A stretch of 64,000 nt of DNA from Bifidobacterium tibiigranuli (GTDB lineage Bacteria > Actinomycetota > Actinomycetes > Actinomycetales > Bifidobacteriaceae). Below, piece after piece: positions 31,315-42,452 of this stretch. Both the position numbers and the translations under genes were made by a program. The DNA is taken from positions 34,745 through 98,744 of the forward strand of contig NZ_JALCUA010000002.1 of the NCBI RefSeq assembly GCF_022655035.1, in the 5' to 3' direction. Numbering within the stretch: the first letter of the stretch is position 1; each line of letters opens with the position of its first letter. Under the pieces are notes generated by a model. It was given only the letters and a program-made list of their open reading frames with translations. It did no database searches and was not told the DNA's origin.

Positions 31315-32112
31315 ATGACCGACCCCTTATTCATACTGGACACCACGCATGACGACACCCCGCTGAACAGCGACGAGCTGCACACCGGATGGAATCTCAC
31401 GCTGCCCGACGCCGTGCGCAGGCATGCGACGCAGGCCATGAGGCTGGGCGATGGCGACGCGTTGCAGCTGAGCGACGGCAACGGGCTCCGTGTGCGCGCG
31501 ACCTTGCTTGACGCGCGCCAAGGCGTTGCGCAAGTGGTCGAGGTAGGGCGCGAGCCGCGCCCGATGACCCGGCTGGCGCTGATTCAGGCGCTGGCGAAAA
31601 CCGGCCATGACGAGCAGGCCATCGATATGGCCACGCAAATCGGCGTCGATGCGGTGATTCCGTGGCAGGCCGAGCGCTCCATCGCCAAATGGAAGGAAGG
31701 GCGCAGTGACAGGAAATGGCATCAGACCCTCGCCTCGGCCACGGAGCAGTCACGGCGGGCATGGATGCCCGAACTTGGCGAGTGCGTCACGAGCAAGCAG
31801 GTACTCGCCATATGCCGGCGAGCCAGCGTGCATGGCGACCTGGTCATCGTGCTTCATCAGGACGCGACGACGACATGGGGCGGCATAGAAGGCGATATCG
31901 CCGCGCTCTCTCAGCGTTGCCTTGACGATGGTCGGGAACGCACGATTTCGGTGGTCGTGGGGCCGGAAGGTGGCATCAGCGACCATGAGATAACGCAGTT
32001 TGCCGGGGCCGGAGCCCGCGTATGCGTGCTGGGATCGACCATCATGCGGGCCTCAAGCGCGGGACCGGTAGCGCTTTCGCTGCTCTCGCGGGCGCTGGGG
32101 CGGTTTGCATAG
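31315..32112 (+). CDS. rsmE: 16S rRNA m3U1498 methyltransferase
   Basis: HATQAMRL, LIQALAK, ATQIGVDAVIPWQAERSI, VVGPEGG, LGSTIMRASSAG. Confidence 0.93.
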   Translation: MTDPLFILDTTHDDTPLNSDELHTGWNLTLPDAVRRHATQAMRLGDGDALQLSDGNGLRVRATLLDARQGVAQVVEVGREPRPMTRLALIQALAKTGHDEQAIDMATQIGVDAVIPWQAERSIAKWKEGRSDRKWHQTLASATEQSRRAWMPELGECVTSKQVLAICRRASVHGDLVIVLHQDATTTWGGIEGDIAALSQRCLDDGRERTISVVVGPEGGISDHEITQFAGAGARVCVLGSTIMRASSAGPVALSLLSRALGRFA

Positions 32113-32261
32113 CGCGGTTCATAGCATGGTTGCAGAGCATACGGTCCGTTGCGCCTAAAGCAATCCGAATACCGCTCTGGCCGGGAATGGCCGAGAATTA
32201 TCCGTGCGGCACAATAGCATGGAGCTGGGCGCATACGATACACGAACGCCTGAAAAGGAGC

Positions 32262-32603
32262 ATGATGAGCGCATCTGACGATTGCCTGTTCTGCGCGATA
32301 GCCGCAGGACAGATTCCCAGTGAGACCGTATATGAGGACGAGACCACTTACGCGTTCAAGGACATCAATCCCAAAACCAAGGTCCATGTGCTGATCATCC
32401 CGCGCAAGCATTATGCCAATGTCGCCGAGCTGGCCGAGGACGACCCCACGCAATTGGCGCATATGGTCGCGGTGGCGCAGGGGATCGCCGACAAGGCCTT
32501 CCACGGCGAGTTCCGCTTGGAATTCAATACCGGCCGCGATGCCGGGCAATCCGTCTTCCACGTGCATGCGCATGTGCTCACCGGCGAAGTCCTGAGCGAG
32601 TAG
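32262..32603 (+). CDS. HIT-family nucleotide hydrolase
   Basis: [35 protein letters not shown] (histidine triad). Confidence 0.93.
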   Translation: MMSASDDCLFCAIAAGQIPSETVYEDETTYAFKDINPKTKVHVLIIPRKHYANVAELAEDDPTQLAHMVAVAQGIADKAFHGEFRLEFNTGRDAGQSVFHVHAHVLTGEVLSE

Positions 32604-32610
32604 GGGTTCC

Positions 32611-33828
32611 GTGGCCACAACGACACGCACCATCACGATTCCGCGCGAACTCGACCCCGTCGCCGTATTCGGACCAGTAGACGAAGTCATCCGAGAGGTC
32701 GAGAAAGCCTTTCCCGAGCTGACCTTCGTCGTGCGCGGCGACCGCGTCGCCATTCTTTCGCGCTCCAAGAACACTCAGAGCGATGCCGACAAGGCGCAGA
32801 ACATCATCGAGACGATCATTCAGGCGGCCTATAGCGCGCCGCTGGACGCCGACTCGGTGCGGCGCATGCTCGAACGCGACGTGCTGCGCAACCATGTGCG
32901 CACCCGCGAGACGGTTTTCGCCTCCGACCCGTCGACTCGACACGGCGCTGGCAGCAGCGCACGTACGGCAGGCAGCGGCACCCATGCGGGAAGCAGAGGA
33001 GCGACCGCCGCTTCGCAACGACGCCATGAGGGCGATGCATCATCGACTGGCAGGCCTCGCGTCCCCGGCGTCATTACCTTCGCTTCCAACGTGCCCATCC
33101 GGCCCAAGACGCCAGGGCAGATTCACTATGTGAACGCCATCGAATCGCATGTCATCACCTTCGCGATCGGGCCTGCGGGCACCGGCAAGACCTATCTCGC
33201 CGTAGCCAAGGCCGTGCGCGCCTTTCAAGACAAGCGGATACGCCGCATTGTGCTGACGCGGCCTGCGGTCGAAGCGGGGGAGAGCCTGGGCTTCCTGCCC
33301 GGCACGCTCAACGAGAAGGTCGACCCGTATCTGCGCCCGCTCTACGATGCGCTGTCCGATATGCTCGGCGCCGAACAGCTCAAGCGCTATATGGACGACG
33401 GTACCATCGAGGTCGCCCCGCTGGCCTATATGCGCGGGCGGACGCTCAACGACGCCTTCGTGATCCTCGACGAGGCGCAGAATACGACCGAGCAGCAGAT
33501 GAAGATGTTCCTCACACGCCTGGGCTTCAACACGACGATGGTGATCACCGGCGATATCACGCAGATCGACCTGACCGTGCCGCGCTCCGGGCTGGCGACA
33601 ATCGAAGGCATCCTCGGCGGCCTCGATGACATCGCCTTCGTGCATCTCGATGCGCGCGACGTAGTGCGCCACGAGCTGGTGGGGCGCATCGTCGAAGCCT
33701 ATGATCGCCACGCCAAGGTCGGCAAAGGCGGCAAGAGCGGTAGGAGCAGCAGTAGAGAGCGCAGCATGACTAAGCAGGACGTTGATGAGCATAGCGTTGA
33801 CGAACCCAGCATTAAGGAGCAGCGATGA
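32611..33828 (+). CDS. phoH: PhoH-family ATPase
   Basis: [42 protein letters not shown]. Confidence 0.93.
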   Translation: MATTTRTITIPRELDPVAVFGPVDEVIREVEKAFPELTFVVRGDRVAILSRSKNTQSDADKAQNIIETIIQAAYSAPLDADSVRRMLERDVLRNHVRTRETVFASDPSTRHGAGSSARTAGSGTHAGSRGATAASQRRHEGDASSTGRPRVPGVITFASNVPIRPKTPGQIHYVNAIESHVITFAIGPAGTGKTYLAVAKAVRAFQDKRIRRIVLTRPAVEAGESLGFLPGTLNEKVDPYLRPLYDALSDMLGAEQLKRYMDDGTIEVAPLAYMRGRTLNDAFVILDEAQNTTEQQMKMFLTRLGFNTTMVITGDITQIDLTVPRSGLATIEGILGGLDDIAFVHLDARDVVRHELVGRIVEAYDRHAKVGKGGKSGRSSSRERSMTKQDVDEHSVDEPSIKEQR

Positions 33829-34367
33829 GCGTCGAAGTCACCAACGAAACCGTCTGGCAGCTCGATTCCAAGGTCTTCTCCGAACTGGGCCTGTGGGTCA
33901 TGGACCAGATGCGCGTGAGCACGCAGTCCGACCTGACGATTCTTTTCGTGGATCCCGACCCGATTGCGCACCTGCACGAGCGCTGGATGAACCTTGAAGG
34001 GCCAACCGATGTGATGAGCTTCCCCATGGACGAGCTGCGCCCCGGCGACGGCAAAACCACTATGGAAGGGGTGCTTGGCGACATCGTGATCTGCCCGTGG
34101 GTGGCGGCGCAGCAGGCTGCGGCGGCCGGGCACAGCACCATGCAGGAGATGATGCTGCTCACCATTCACGGCACGCTGCATCTGCTGGGCTATGACCACG
34201 TCACCCCGGAGCAGGAGCGGCAGATGTTCGCGCTGCAGCGGCAATTGCTGCTGACCTTCATGGCCGTGCGCGAATCCTCGATAGGCTCTGCTCAGATTCC
34301 TGCAGGCGCGGGAGACGCATTGGCTGTATACGACGCCGAGCACGCCGCGCACGGCGTCGGCAAGTAG
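33825..34367 (+). CDS. ybeY: rRNA maturation RNase YbeY
   Basis: [27 protein letters not shown]. Confidence 0.95.
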   Translation: MSVEVTNETVWQLDSKVFSELGLWVMDQMRVSTQSDLTILFVDPDPIAHLHERWMNLEGPTDVMSFPMDELRPGDGKTTMEGVLGDIVICPWVAAQQAAAAGHSTMQEMMLLTIHGTLHLLGYDHVTPEQERQMFALQRQLLLTFMAVRESSIGSAQIPAGAGDALAVYDAEHAAHGVGK

Positions 34368-34380
34368 GGGAGTCGCGCTC

Positions 34381-35919
34381 ATGTCTCTTCCTGATACGAC
34401 CATGCTGCTGCTCGTCGCGGCGCTCGCCGTGGTCGCCCTGCTGCTGGTATGGCTTTCGCTGTCCATGGCCGCCGCCGAGGCCGCTGTAGGCCGTGTGACG
34501 CGCGCGAGCCTGAATAATCTGATCTTTGAAGTGCAGACCGACACGGAAACCAGCCGTTTTTCGCGCCTGAAGAAGATCGCGCGGATTCATACGGTCCAGC
34601 GGCTGATCGCCGACCGTTTCGCCACATCCGGATCGTGCGCTTTCTTCCGCATCGCCTGCAATGTGCTGGATGGCGTGCTGGTAAGCTGCATCGCCGCGCT
34701 GTTCGGCGCCGCGCTGTGGGAGCAGCTGCTCATCGGGCTTGTGTTCGCGCTGATTGTGGCCGTCATCTCGATTCTGGTGCGGCCGCGCTCGGCGGGAGCC
34801 TCCAAGCCGGTCGACATCCTGCTGGGGCGGGCCCGGCTGGTGTCCTTTGCCGTGGCGGTTACGCCTTTTGCGCACATCGGCGGTCGGCAGGTCTCCAAGC
34901 GCCGTGCGCGCGAGTCGGAGCTTTCCGACGACGAGGAGCTTGAGAAAATCCAGCTTGAGCAAGGCCGCGCGGCCATCGATCGGCTTGTGGAATCCAACGA
35001 TTTCGACCCCGAAGTCTCCGAGATGCTGCGCAATGTGCTCACGCTTTCGGATACGCTCACGCGCGAGATCATGGTGCCGCGCACCGATATGATCTGCATC
35101 GAGCATGACGCCTCGCTTGAGGACCTGCTCAAGCTGTGCACCCGCTCCGGCTTCTCGCGCGTGCCGGTCATTGGCGAGGATGTGGATGATCTGGTGGGCA
35201 TCGTCTACCTCAAGGACGCGGTGCGGGCCACGGCCTTCAACCCGGCCGCCGGCACGCGCAGCGTCGAGACGATATGCCGCCAGCCGATGCTCGTGCCCGA
35301 ATCCAAGCCGGTTGACGACCTGTTCCACGAGATGCAGCGCACCCGCCAGCATGTGGCGATGGTGGTTGATGAATACGGCGGCATTGCAGGTTTGGTGACG
35401 ATTGAGGACACGCTTGAGCAGATCGTGGGCGAGCTGGAAGACGAGCACGACCGCACCCAGCACAGCGAGCCGGAGCGGGTCGGGGAACGCACATGGCGCA
35501 TGCCTGCGCGCACGCCGATAGCCGACTTGGAGGAGATTTTCGAGGTCGACATCGACGAGGACGACGTCGACACGGTCTACGGGCTGCTGACCAAACTGCT
35601 CGGCCGCGTGCCCATCGTGGGCAATAGCGCGGTGACTCGTGGGCTCAAGCTCACTGCCGTCGATTCCGCAGGGCGGCGCAAGAAGGTGTCCACGGTGCTG
35701 GTGGAGCCTGCCAGCGAAACGAACGGCGGACCGACTAGCCTGCGTGCGCAGGAAGAAGCCAAGACTTCGTCCTCCTCCGAGTCTTCGGATGCTTCGAGGC
35801 ACGAGAACCAGGGCAGCGACGGCAGCCGCAGCAGCGACACACGCAACATCGGCAAACACGATAAATACAGTATTGATAAGCACAGCGTTGATAGGCACAG
35901 TGACGATGCGGCACAGTGA
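34381..35919 (+). CDS. Hemolysin/CNNM-family (DUF21-CBS-CorC) membrane protein
   Basis: REIMVPRTDM, GFSRVPV, VVDEYGGIAGLVTIED.LEQIVGE, CorC domain; S-rich tail. Confidence 0.9.
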   Translation: MSLPDTTMLLLVAALAVVALLLVWLSLSMAAAEAAVGRVTRASLNNLIFEVQTDTETSRFSRLKKIARIHTVQRLIADRFATSGSCAFFRIACNVLDGVLVSCIAALFGAALWEQLLIGLVFALIVAVISILVRPRSAGASKPVDILLGRARLVSFAVAVTPFAHIGGRQVSKRRARESELSDDEELEKIQLEQGRAAIDRLVESNDFDPEVSEMLRNVLTLSDTLTREIMVPRTDMICIEHDASLEDLLKLCTRSGFSRVPVIGEDVDDLVGIVYLKDAVRATAFNPAAGTRSVETICRQPMLVPESKPVDDLFHEMQRTRQHVAMVVDEYGGIAGLVTIEDTLEQIVGELEDEHDRTQHSEPERVGERTWRMPARTPIADLEEIFEVDIDEDDVDTVYGLLTKLLGRVPIVGNSAVTRGLKLTAVDSAGRRKKVSTVLVEPASETNGGPTSLRAQEEAKTSSSSESSDASRHENQGSDGSRSSDTRNIGKHDKYSIDKHSVDRHSDDAAQ

Positions 35920-35987
35920 CCGTCTTGCGCAGCAATCACAACAATCACAATAATCACGACATCACAGCAATCACAGCAAGGAAAAGC

Positions 35988-37022
35988 ATGAACGAACACG
36001 ACGAGACGGCAACACAGAGTGAGTCGGCAACGCATGATGAATCGACGGCCCCAAGCGAGCCAGTGAGCCATAGCGAGGCCTACCGGTCAGGATTTGTGGC
36101 GGTCGTGGGCCGTCCGAACGTCGGCAAGTCCACGCTGATCAATGCTCTGCTCGGCACGCAGATCGCCATCGCCTCATCGCGGCCCGAGACCACGCGAAAG
36201 GCCATCCGCGGCATCCTCACGACCCCGAACGCGCAGCTGGTGCTGGTCGACACGCCCGGCATCCATCGCCCGCGCACCCTGCTGGGCCAGCGCCTCAACG
36301 ATGTAGTCGACGAGTCGCTGAGCGATGTGGACGAAATCGCCTTCCTGCTGCCCGCCGATCAGGAGATCGGCGCGGGGGACAAGCGGATTCTGAGCCGCCT
36401 GCGCAGCCAGTTCGCCGTCAAGCGCGACGACGGCACGTTCAAGTGGAAGGTGCCGCTTATCGCGATTGTCACGAAAATCGACATGCTGGGGCGTCAGCAG
36501 CTGGTCGCCAAGCTCATCGAGATTGACGAATTCGCCGATTTCACTGCGCTGGTTCCGGTCAGCGCGCTCGATCGCGACAATCTTGACGAGGTCAGAAGCG
36601 TGCTGATCGACCATATGGTTGAAGGCCCGCAGATGTACCCGGACGATCAGATCAGCGAGGAAAGCCCCAAGGACACCATCGCCGAACTGGTGCGCGGCGC
36701 CTTCCTGGAAGAGCTGGACGATGAGCTGCCGCATTCGCTGGCCGTCGTCGTGGATTCGATAGAATATCCCGACAGCCCGGACGCCAATCTTGGCGTGGCT
36801 GCCGATGGCAAGGCGCATGTCATCGTGTCGATCTATGTCGAACGCAATTCGCAGAAGCCCATCATCATCGGGCATAAGGCCGAGCATCTTGTGCAGGTGC
36901 GCAAGCGGCTGCGCACCCCGGTCAACCGCATCGTCGGCCAGAAATCGCGCCTCGATCTGCAGGTCAAGGTCGCCAAGGACTGGCAGTCCGACCCCAAGCA
37001 GCTCGAAAAGCTCGGATTCTAG
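35988..37022 (+). CDS. era: GTPase Era
   Basis: GRPNVGKSTL, ETTR, DTPGIH, TKID, KH domain ELPHS...SQKPIIIG. Confidence 0.96.
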   Translation: MNEHDETATQSESATHDESTAPSEPVSHSEAYRSGFVAVVGRPNVGKSTLINALLGTQIAIASSRPETTRKAIRGILTTPNAQLVLVDTPGIHRPRTLLGQRLNDVVDESLSDVDEIAFLLPADQEIGAGDKRILSRLRSQFAVKRDDGTFKWKVPLIAIVTKIDMLGRQQLVAKLIEIDEFADFTALVPVSALDRDNLDEVRSVLIDHMVEGPQMYPDDQISEESPKDTIAELVRGAFLEELDDELPHSLAVVVDSIEYPDSPDANLGVAADGKAHVIVSIYVERNSQKPIIIGHKAEHLVQVRKRLRTPVNRIVGQKSRLDLQVKVAKDWQSDPKQLEKLGF

Positions 37023-37091
37023 CGTCTGCTGTTTACTGCTCCTACTGCTCTCAGTACTCTCACTACTCTCCCGGAGAAAGATTGGTGCGTC

Positions 37092-37601
37092 ATGAATGGT
37101 CACGCGAAGCGTCCCTCAAGGCACTCAATCATACCGAGCATTGTCATCGCCGTGGTAATCGTGATGTCATTGGTGGCCGGTGGGCTGATTTACTGGTATA
37201 AATACCGGCCGGCCGATACCTCGCATATCACGTATACGTACTCGCATTCGGCGAAGTTCACCGATGCGCAGATGCGCGGCGCTACGCAGAAGACCACTGA
37301 GGTCTTCTCGAAATTCACCGGGTGCGTGATCAACACGATCAGCTACGACGAGCAGGAAGCCAATGATCTGCTGGCGTCGGAGATTCAGACGGAGAAGGAG
37401 TATCCGGGGTCCTCGTCAAGCCTGTATGAAGCGTATAAACAGCACGGTGCGAATCGCGTGTTCATCGACACCGTCGCCTTCACCTGCGACGATTCCGCTG
37501 ACATATCGCTTGAACACGGGACGCAGGAGCGGATGACGGATATTCTGTATCTCGACGCCGATGGCAAGACCTGGCACGAAATCGAGTACGGCACGGCCTG
37601 A
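37092..37601 (+). CDS. Membrane-anchored hypothetical protein (possibly DUF4829-like)
   Basis: N-terminal TM; ectodomain 'SAKFTDAQM..A...F..F.GC....ISYD...FTC...W..I.YG' with two Cys. Confidence 0.55.
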   Translation: MNGHAKRPSRHSIIPSIVIAVVIVMSLVAGGLIYWYKYRPADTSHITYTYSHSAKFTDAQMRGATQKTTEVFSKFTGCVINTISYDEQEANDLLASEIQTEKEYPGSSSSLYEAYKQHGANRVFIDTVAFTCDDSADISLEHGTQERMTDILYLDADGKTWHEIEYGTA

Positions 37602-37699
37602 GCAGTGGAGTAGCTCAGCGGTAGAGAACTCAACGGCCGAATATCTGAGCGGTCGCTGAGGCAGCCGGAACCAGTCTTCCGGCTGACACAAGCAAAGCC

Positions 37700-39736
37700 T
37701 TACTTGCGCTTGGTGTACATCTGCGTGTTGAGCAGGGTGGCGTAGCGGCGGATGACCTTGGGGCGGATGACCTTCATCGAGGCGGTGAGCAGGCCGTTGT
37801 CCTGCGTGAACTCCTCAGGCAGGATGATGAATTTGCGCACGGATTCGGCGCGGGAGACGCCCTCGTTGGCCAAATCCACGAAGTTCTGGACCTCGGCGCG
37901 CACCGCGGCGTTCTCGGCGGCCTGTTCCAGAGTCATATCACGGTCGAGGCCCTTGGAGCCGAGCCACATGCGCAGCGAGTCCTCATCCATCGTGATCAGC
38001 GCGGAGATGAACGGGCGCTTGTCGCCGAGCACGAGGGCCTGGGAGACGAAGGAGCAGCGCTGAATGACCTCTTCGATGGGGCCGGGGGCCACGTTCTTGC
38101 CGCCGGCGGTGATGATGAGATCCTTCTTGCGCCCGGTGATGGTCAGGAAGCCATCGTCGCTCAGGTGGCCCAGATCGCCGGTGGCATACCATCCGTCGGG
38201 GGTGAAGGAGGTTTCGGTGGCTTCGTCGTTCTTGTGGTAGCGCTTGAAGACGCCCGTGCCACGCACCTGAATCTCGCCGTCGCGCGCGATGCGCACCGAG
38301 AAGCCAGGGAAGGGGATGCCAACCGAGCCTTCATGATAGGGCGTGCCGAGCGGATTGAACGAGCACGGCGCGGTGGTCTCGGTCAGGCCGTAGCCCTCGT
38401 ACGCCGGCACGTTGGCACCACGGAAGAAGGCGAGCAGCTGCGGGTCGAGCGGCGCGCCGCCGGCGACGATCCACTTAGAACGCCCGCCGAGCACGTCGCG
38501 CAACGGACGGTACACGGTCGGGTCAAAGGCTGCACGGCGCATCTTGAGTCCTGTGCTGGCCTTGCCCTTGGCGCTGAGCTCCTTCATGTAGTTCTGCGCG
38601 GCGACCACGGCCGACGCGAACGCCATGCCCTTGAGTCCGGTTCCGGCTTTCTGCGAGGCGGCGTTGTAGACCTTCTCAAGCACGCGGGGCACCACGATCA
38701 TGATTGAAGGCTTGGCTACCTGCAGATCGGTGATAAGCGTGGAAATGCCGCGTGCGATGTAGATGTGCATATCGCTGGCCGCGACGATGTAATTGATGGC
38801 GCGCGCGAAGGTATGCGCCTGCGGCAGGAACAGCAGCACAGTGTTGTTCGGGTCGGCAAGCAGCTCGGGCATGTAGCTGCACAGCGCCATTGCGGTCATG
38901 CAGTAGTGCTCATGCGTCATCTCCACGCCCTTCGGCGAGGCGGTGGAGCCAGAGGTGTAGACGACCGAGCACAGATCAGTTTTCTTGATCGAATCGATGC
39001 GCTCGTCCAGCGTCTCGTCGCTGACACCGGTGCCGTAGGCTTGCAGCTCGTCGAGCCCGCCCGTTTCGATGCAGATGATGTCCTCAAGCGTCGGGCAGTC
39101 CTCGATGGCACCGTCGGCCTTGTCGCGCATCTCCGTGGTTTCGACGATGAGCAGCCGCGCATCCGAATTGTTGACGATGTTGCGAATCTGCTCGGCCGAA
39201 TCGGTGTCGTAGATCGTGGCCAGCACGCCGCCGCAGGCCAGCACCGCCGCGTCGGTCACATCCCATTCGTACGAGGTGCGGCACATGAAGGCGACGGCGT
39301 CGCCCTTGTTCAGACCGTAGTGCATAAGCCCCTTGGCTACTTCGCGCACCTGGGCGAGGAACTCGTTGGCGGTTTTGCTGATCCAGGCGTCGCCGGATTG
39401 GAAGGTGTAGAGCGGGTCATCGCCACGGCGTTCGGCGCGTTCGGCATACAGGTCGTAGACGGACATGCCCTCATCGATAGGGTCGATGCTGGCGGTGGTC
39501 GCGGTCAGCAACCCGGTGTGCGGGTCGATGAAGGTCGTGGTGGGGAAGCCGGTGCGCCATTCGTCGGCATGCGGCAAATCCCTGGCCTCGTTCTGCGCGG
39601 AGATGTCCTCGGGCCTGACGTAGTCGGGGATGTCAGGCGTGTCGTCGCTCGTAGGATGCGAGAAGCCGGGGCCGAGGCTGAGCGCCTTGCGGGTGAGTTT
39701 CAGGGCTTGTTGTTCGATCGAGTTGATAACAGACAC
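37700..39736 (-). CDS. Long-chain fatty acid--CoA ligase (AMP-dependent synthetase)
   Basis: YTSGSTASPKG, YEGYGLTET, GWYATGDLG, ITGRKKDLIITAGGKNVAP; GTG start behind AAGGAG. Confidence 0.92.
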   Translation of the reverse strand: MSVINSIEQQALKLTRKALSLGPGFSHPTSDDTPDIPDYVRPEDISAQNEARDLPHADEWRTGFPTTTFIDPHTGLLTATTASIDPIDEGMSVYDLYAERAERRGDDPLYTFQSGDAWISKTANEFLAQVREVAKGLMHYGLNKGDAVAFMCRTSYEWDVTDAAVLACGGVLATIYDTDSAEQIRNIVNNSDARLLIVETTEMRDKADGAIEDCPTLEDIICIETGGLDELQAYGTGVSDETLDERIDSIKKTDLCSVVYTSGSTASPKGVEMTHEHYCMTAMALCSYMPELLADPNNTVLLFLPQAHTFARAINYIVAASDMHIYIARGISTLITDLQVAKPSIMIVVPRVLEKVYNAASQKAGTGLKGMAFASAVVAAQNYMKELSAKGKASTGLKMRRAAFDPTVYRPLRDVLGGRSKWIVAGGAPLDPQLLAFFRGANVPAYEGYGLTETTAPCSFNPLGTPYHEGSVGIPFPGFSVRIARDGEIQVRGTGVFKRYHKNDEATETSFTPDGWYATGDLGHLSDDGFLTITGRKKDLIITAGGKNVAPGPIEEVIQRCSFVSQALVLGDKRPFISALITMDEDSLRMWLGSKGLDRDMTLEQAAENAAVRAEVQNFVDLANEGVSRAESVRKFIILPEEFTQDNGLLTASMKVIRPKVIRRYATLLNTQMYTKRK

Positions 39737-39974
39737 GTAATGCTCCTTGGCCGTTGGCCTTCGTCGTCCTGCCATGCAGCGGTCCTTCGCCATGCGATTC
39801 TCATCGCCGATGGCATCCGCTGCTGAGGCTTTCTCCTTGTGATAGTAATCGCTTGTAGCCTGCCCGTCACCTTACGGTAGCGTAGGCGGCTCACGCGAAT
39901 AGATAATGTCGGTGCGCTGATTGCGCCGACGAGTCTGTAGCAGCTATCACGTCTGCTGATCGCCTACTGATCGT

Positions 39975-41120
39975 CTATTGATCAAAGAGCGGCGACACGA
40001 ATGCATTCACGCGCTTCCAGTACGTCACCGGATCGGTGCTGGCGCTCATGGCGTGCCCGGCCCCCGGAATCAGCAGGCGCTGCTTGCGCGGGCTGGCGCA
40101 TGCCTGAAACACCTTGTCCAGCGAGGCAGGGGAGACGAAATCATCCGCGCCGCCGTGGATGAACAGCATCGGTATGCGCACGTTGCCCAGCTGATTCACG
40201 CAGGAGGCCTCGCGGAACCCATAGCCCGCCCGGTGCGCGGCAATCAGGCTCATGCCCTGCACGAGCAGGCCCGCCAGCCAGCGGGGGAGATGATAGAGCG
40301 CCCGCGCATTGAACATGAACTGGTCCCATACGCTCGTGAAGCCGCAGTCCGCAATTGCTGCCACCACATTGGATGGCAGGCTTTCCTCGCCGCAGGCCAT
40401 CATCACCGTCGCGGCCCCCATCGAGACGCCATCGAGCAGCACCCGTGCCTGCGCATCCTGCGCCGCAATGAATCTGACCCATTGCAGCAGGTCGCGCCGT
40501 TCCAGCCACCCCATGCCGATGTACCGGCCTTCGCTCAGCTCACGGCAGCGGCTCGCCGGCGTGAGTACGGTGAAGCCCATCGTGGCGAAGCGATGCGCGT
40601 ATTTCGCCATTTGTGCAGGCCCGCCCGAGAAGCCGTGGCAGCAGATGACATAGCAGTGCGGCTTGGGGCTGGCGCAGTCCGGGTCGAAGGACCATGCGTG
40701 CAGGCGCAGGCCATCTTCGTTCGTGATGCTCACCGAATGCTTGGCGTCATCGAACCACTTCTCGGCTTCGCGCTCTTCGGCGGCGTCGCGGTGCAGCGGT
40801 TCCGTATATACGCGACGACCACGGCGGTTGCGCTGGTCGCGAGGATTCTTGCGGCCTCGGCGGCTGGTGTCCTTGGACAGGGAGAGCAGCGAGAAGCGCG
40901 AATTGGTGTCCAAGGTGAATCTGAATTGGAAATCGGCGAGCGCATACAGCGCGGCACCGCCCAAGGCCATCGTCGCGCCCAGATAGGCCGGCAGATAGCG
41001 CATGGCTTTCGTATCGCGCTGCGATTGCCGCTGTTCGCGTGGCAAGTCCTGCCGCGTGCGTTGCGATGCCGCCGATGCCCCATGCGCCCGCTGTGTGCCT
41101 CGTGTATCCTGTGCGCCCAT
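39975..41120 (-). CDS. Alpha/beta hydrolase (membrane-anchored)
   Basis: CHGFSG, GVSMGA nucleophile elbow, IHGGADDFV, PGAGHAMS. Confidence 0.88.
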   Translation of the reverse strand: MGAQDTRGTQRAHGASAASQRTRQDLPREQRQSQRDTKAMRYLPAYLGATMALGGAALYALADFQFRFTLDTNSRFSLLSLSKDTSRRGRKNPRDQRNRRGRRVYTEPLHRDAAEEREAEKWFDDAKHSVSITNEDGLRLHAWSFDPDCASPKPHCYVICCHGFSGGPAQMAKYAHRFATMGFTVLTPASRCRELSEGRYIGMGWLERRDLLQWVRFIAAQDAQARVLLDGVSMGAATVMMACGEESLPSNVVAAIADCGFTSVWDQFMFNARALYHLPRWLAGLLVQGMSLIAAHRAGYGFREASCVNQLGNVRIPMLFIHGGADDFVSPASLDKVFQACASPRKQRLLIPGAGHAMSASTDPVTYWKRVNAFVSPLFDQ

Positions 41121-41579
41121 GTCGCCTCCTCGCAGATGCCGCCTGCCATTGCCTTGCTAATGCCTTAAGCCTGCCCTCTATCATATCGGGCTATCGTGTC
41201 GAGCGTTCGAGGCGATGAAACGCTGCGCATATGCATCACATGGCATGGATCTCCCGTTTTGGCAACGTGCCGGCGTGCAGGGCGCTGACTGAAAGGCTTT
41301 GTTCACAATCATGCTGCCAAAGTCACGTTGTCCAAGGCCGCGGTAAACTGGTGGATGTTGCTGTGACGAGTGTCGGCGCATGCGATGCCTGTATCAAGTG
41401 GTTATAACGATTCATGACGGGCGTCGAGGCGAAGGGACTTGTCGTGCTTTGGCGAGGGAATGCGAATTCCGTAATCGACTGAGCTGATGGCGGTTATCGT
41501 AAGGTGCCGCTCGTTGGCGCGCCGATGCGCCGAACGAGGCAGAGAAACCGTACGAATAGGTTATGCATAAGGAGCCATC

Positions 41580-42221
41580 ATGGCAGATACCATCACACTC
41601 AAGGGCGAAGTCCGTAGCGAATTCGGCAAGGGCGTTGCCCGCCGCATGCGCGTCGCGCAGCAGATCCCCGCGACCATCTACGCCGGCGGAGTCCAGCCGG
41701 TCTTCATCAAGCTGCCGATGCGCGAGACCACGCTGGCGCTGCGTCGCACGAACGCCCTGTTCACGATCGAGTTCGGCAGCGATTCCAAGATGGCCGTCGT
41801 CAAGGATGTGCAGCGCAACCCCGTCAAGCGCATCGTCGAGCATATCGACTTCTACGAAGTCAAGGCCGGCGAGAAGATCGAGGTCTCCGTCCCGGTCTTC
41901 GTCGAGGGCACCCCGAAGGGCGCGGCTGTTGCGTTCGTCGATATCCAGGAGCTCACCGTGCGCGCCGACGTCTCCAACCTGCCTGAGCGCATCGTGGTGA
42001 ACGTCGAAGGCATGACCGATGGCACCAAGGTGTTCGCCAAGGACATCGAACTGCCCGAAGGCGCCGAGCTGGACGCCAGCACCAACGGCGAGGAATCCGT
42101 CGTCACCGTCGAGGTACCTGAGGATGCGTCGGAGACCACTGCGACCCCCGAGACCGCAGCCCCCGCCGAAGCTGATGCCGCTGCGGCCACCACCGATGCC
42201 GCTCCTGCGGACGCTGCGTGA
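41580..42221 (+). CDS. rplY: 50S ribosomal protein L25/Ctc
   Basis: R.EFGKGVARR.R...QIPATIY, VKDVQRNPVK..VEHIDF. Confidence 0.96.
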   Translation: MADTITLKGEVRSEFGKGVARRMRVAQQIPATIYAGGVQPVFIKLPMRETTLALRRTNALFTIEFGSDSKMAVVKDVQRNPVKRIVEHIDFYEVKAGEKIEVSVPVFVEGTPKGAAVAFVDIQELTVRADVSNLPERIVVNVEGMTDGTKVFAKDIELPEGAELDASTNGEESVVTVEVPEDASETTATPETAAPAEADAAAATTDAAPADAA

Positions 42222-42290
42222 CGTTCAGGCGACACTCAGTCGTCTTGAGATGGCAGCCTGAGATGGCAGCCGAGACACCGGTCTGAATAT

Positions 42291-42322
42291 AAGGGGCCTG
42301 CATTCGCGTGCAGGCCCCTTTT
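42291..42322 (+). terminator. Rho-independent terminator after rplY
   Basis: AAGGGGCCTGCA/TGCAGGCCCCTT stem followed by T residues. Confidence 0.8.
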
Positions 42323-42452
42323 CATAATGTGAACCGCCCATTAACGCGATGTGATTTGTGTGTCTAGAATGTGAGGCAGCGCCACGCCATAAGCGTCGAC
42401 GTACCTGAACCTGCACCGTGAAGACGATGAAAACAGAAAAAGAAGCCAAGGA

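Noticed and set aside
37610-37626. GTAGCTCAGCGGTAGAG resembles a tRNA D-arm
   Set aside because: No acceptor stem, anticodon arm or T-loop (GTTCRA) at the right spacing, so it is not a tRNA; at most a chance match or remnant.
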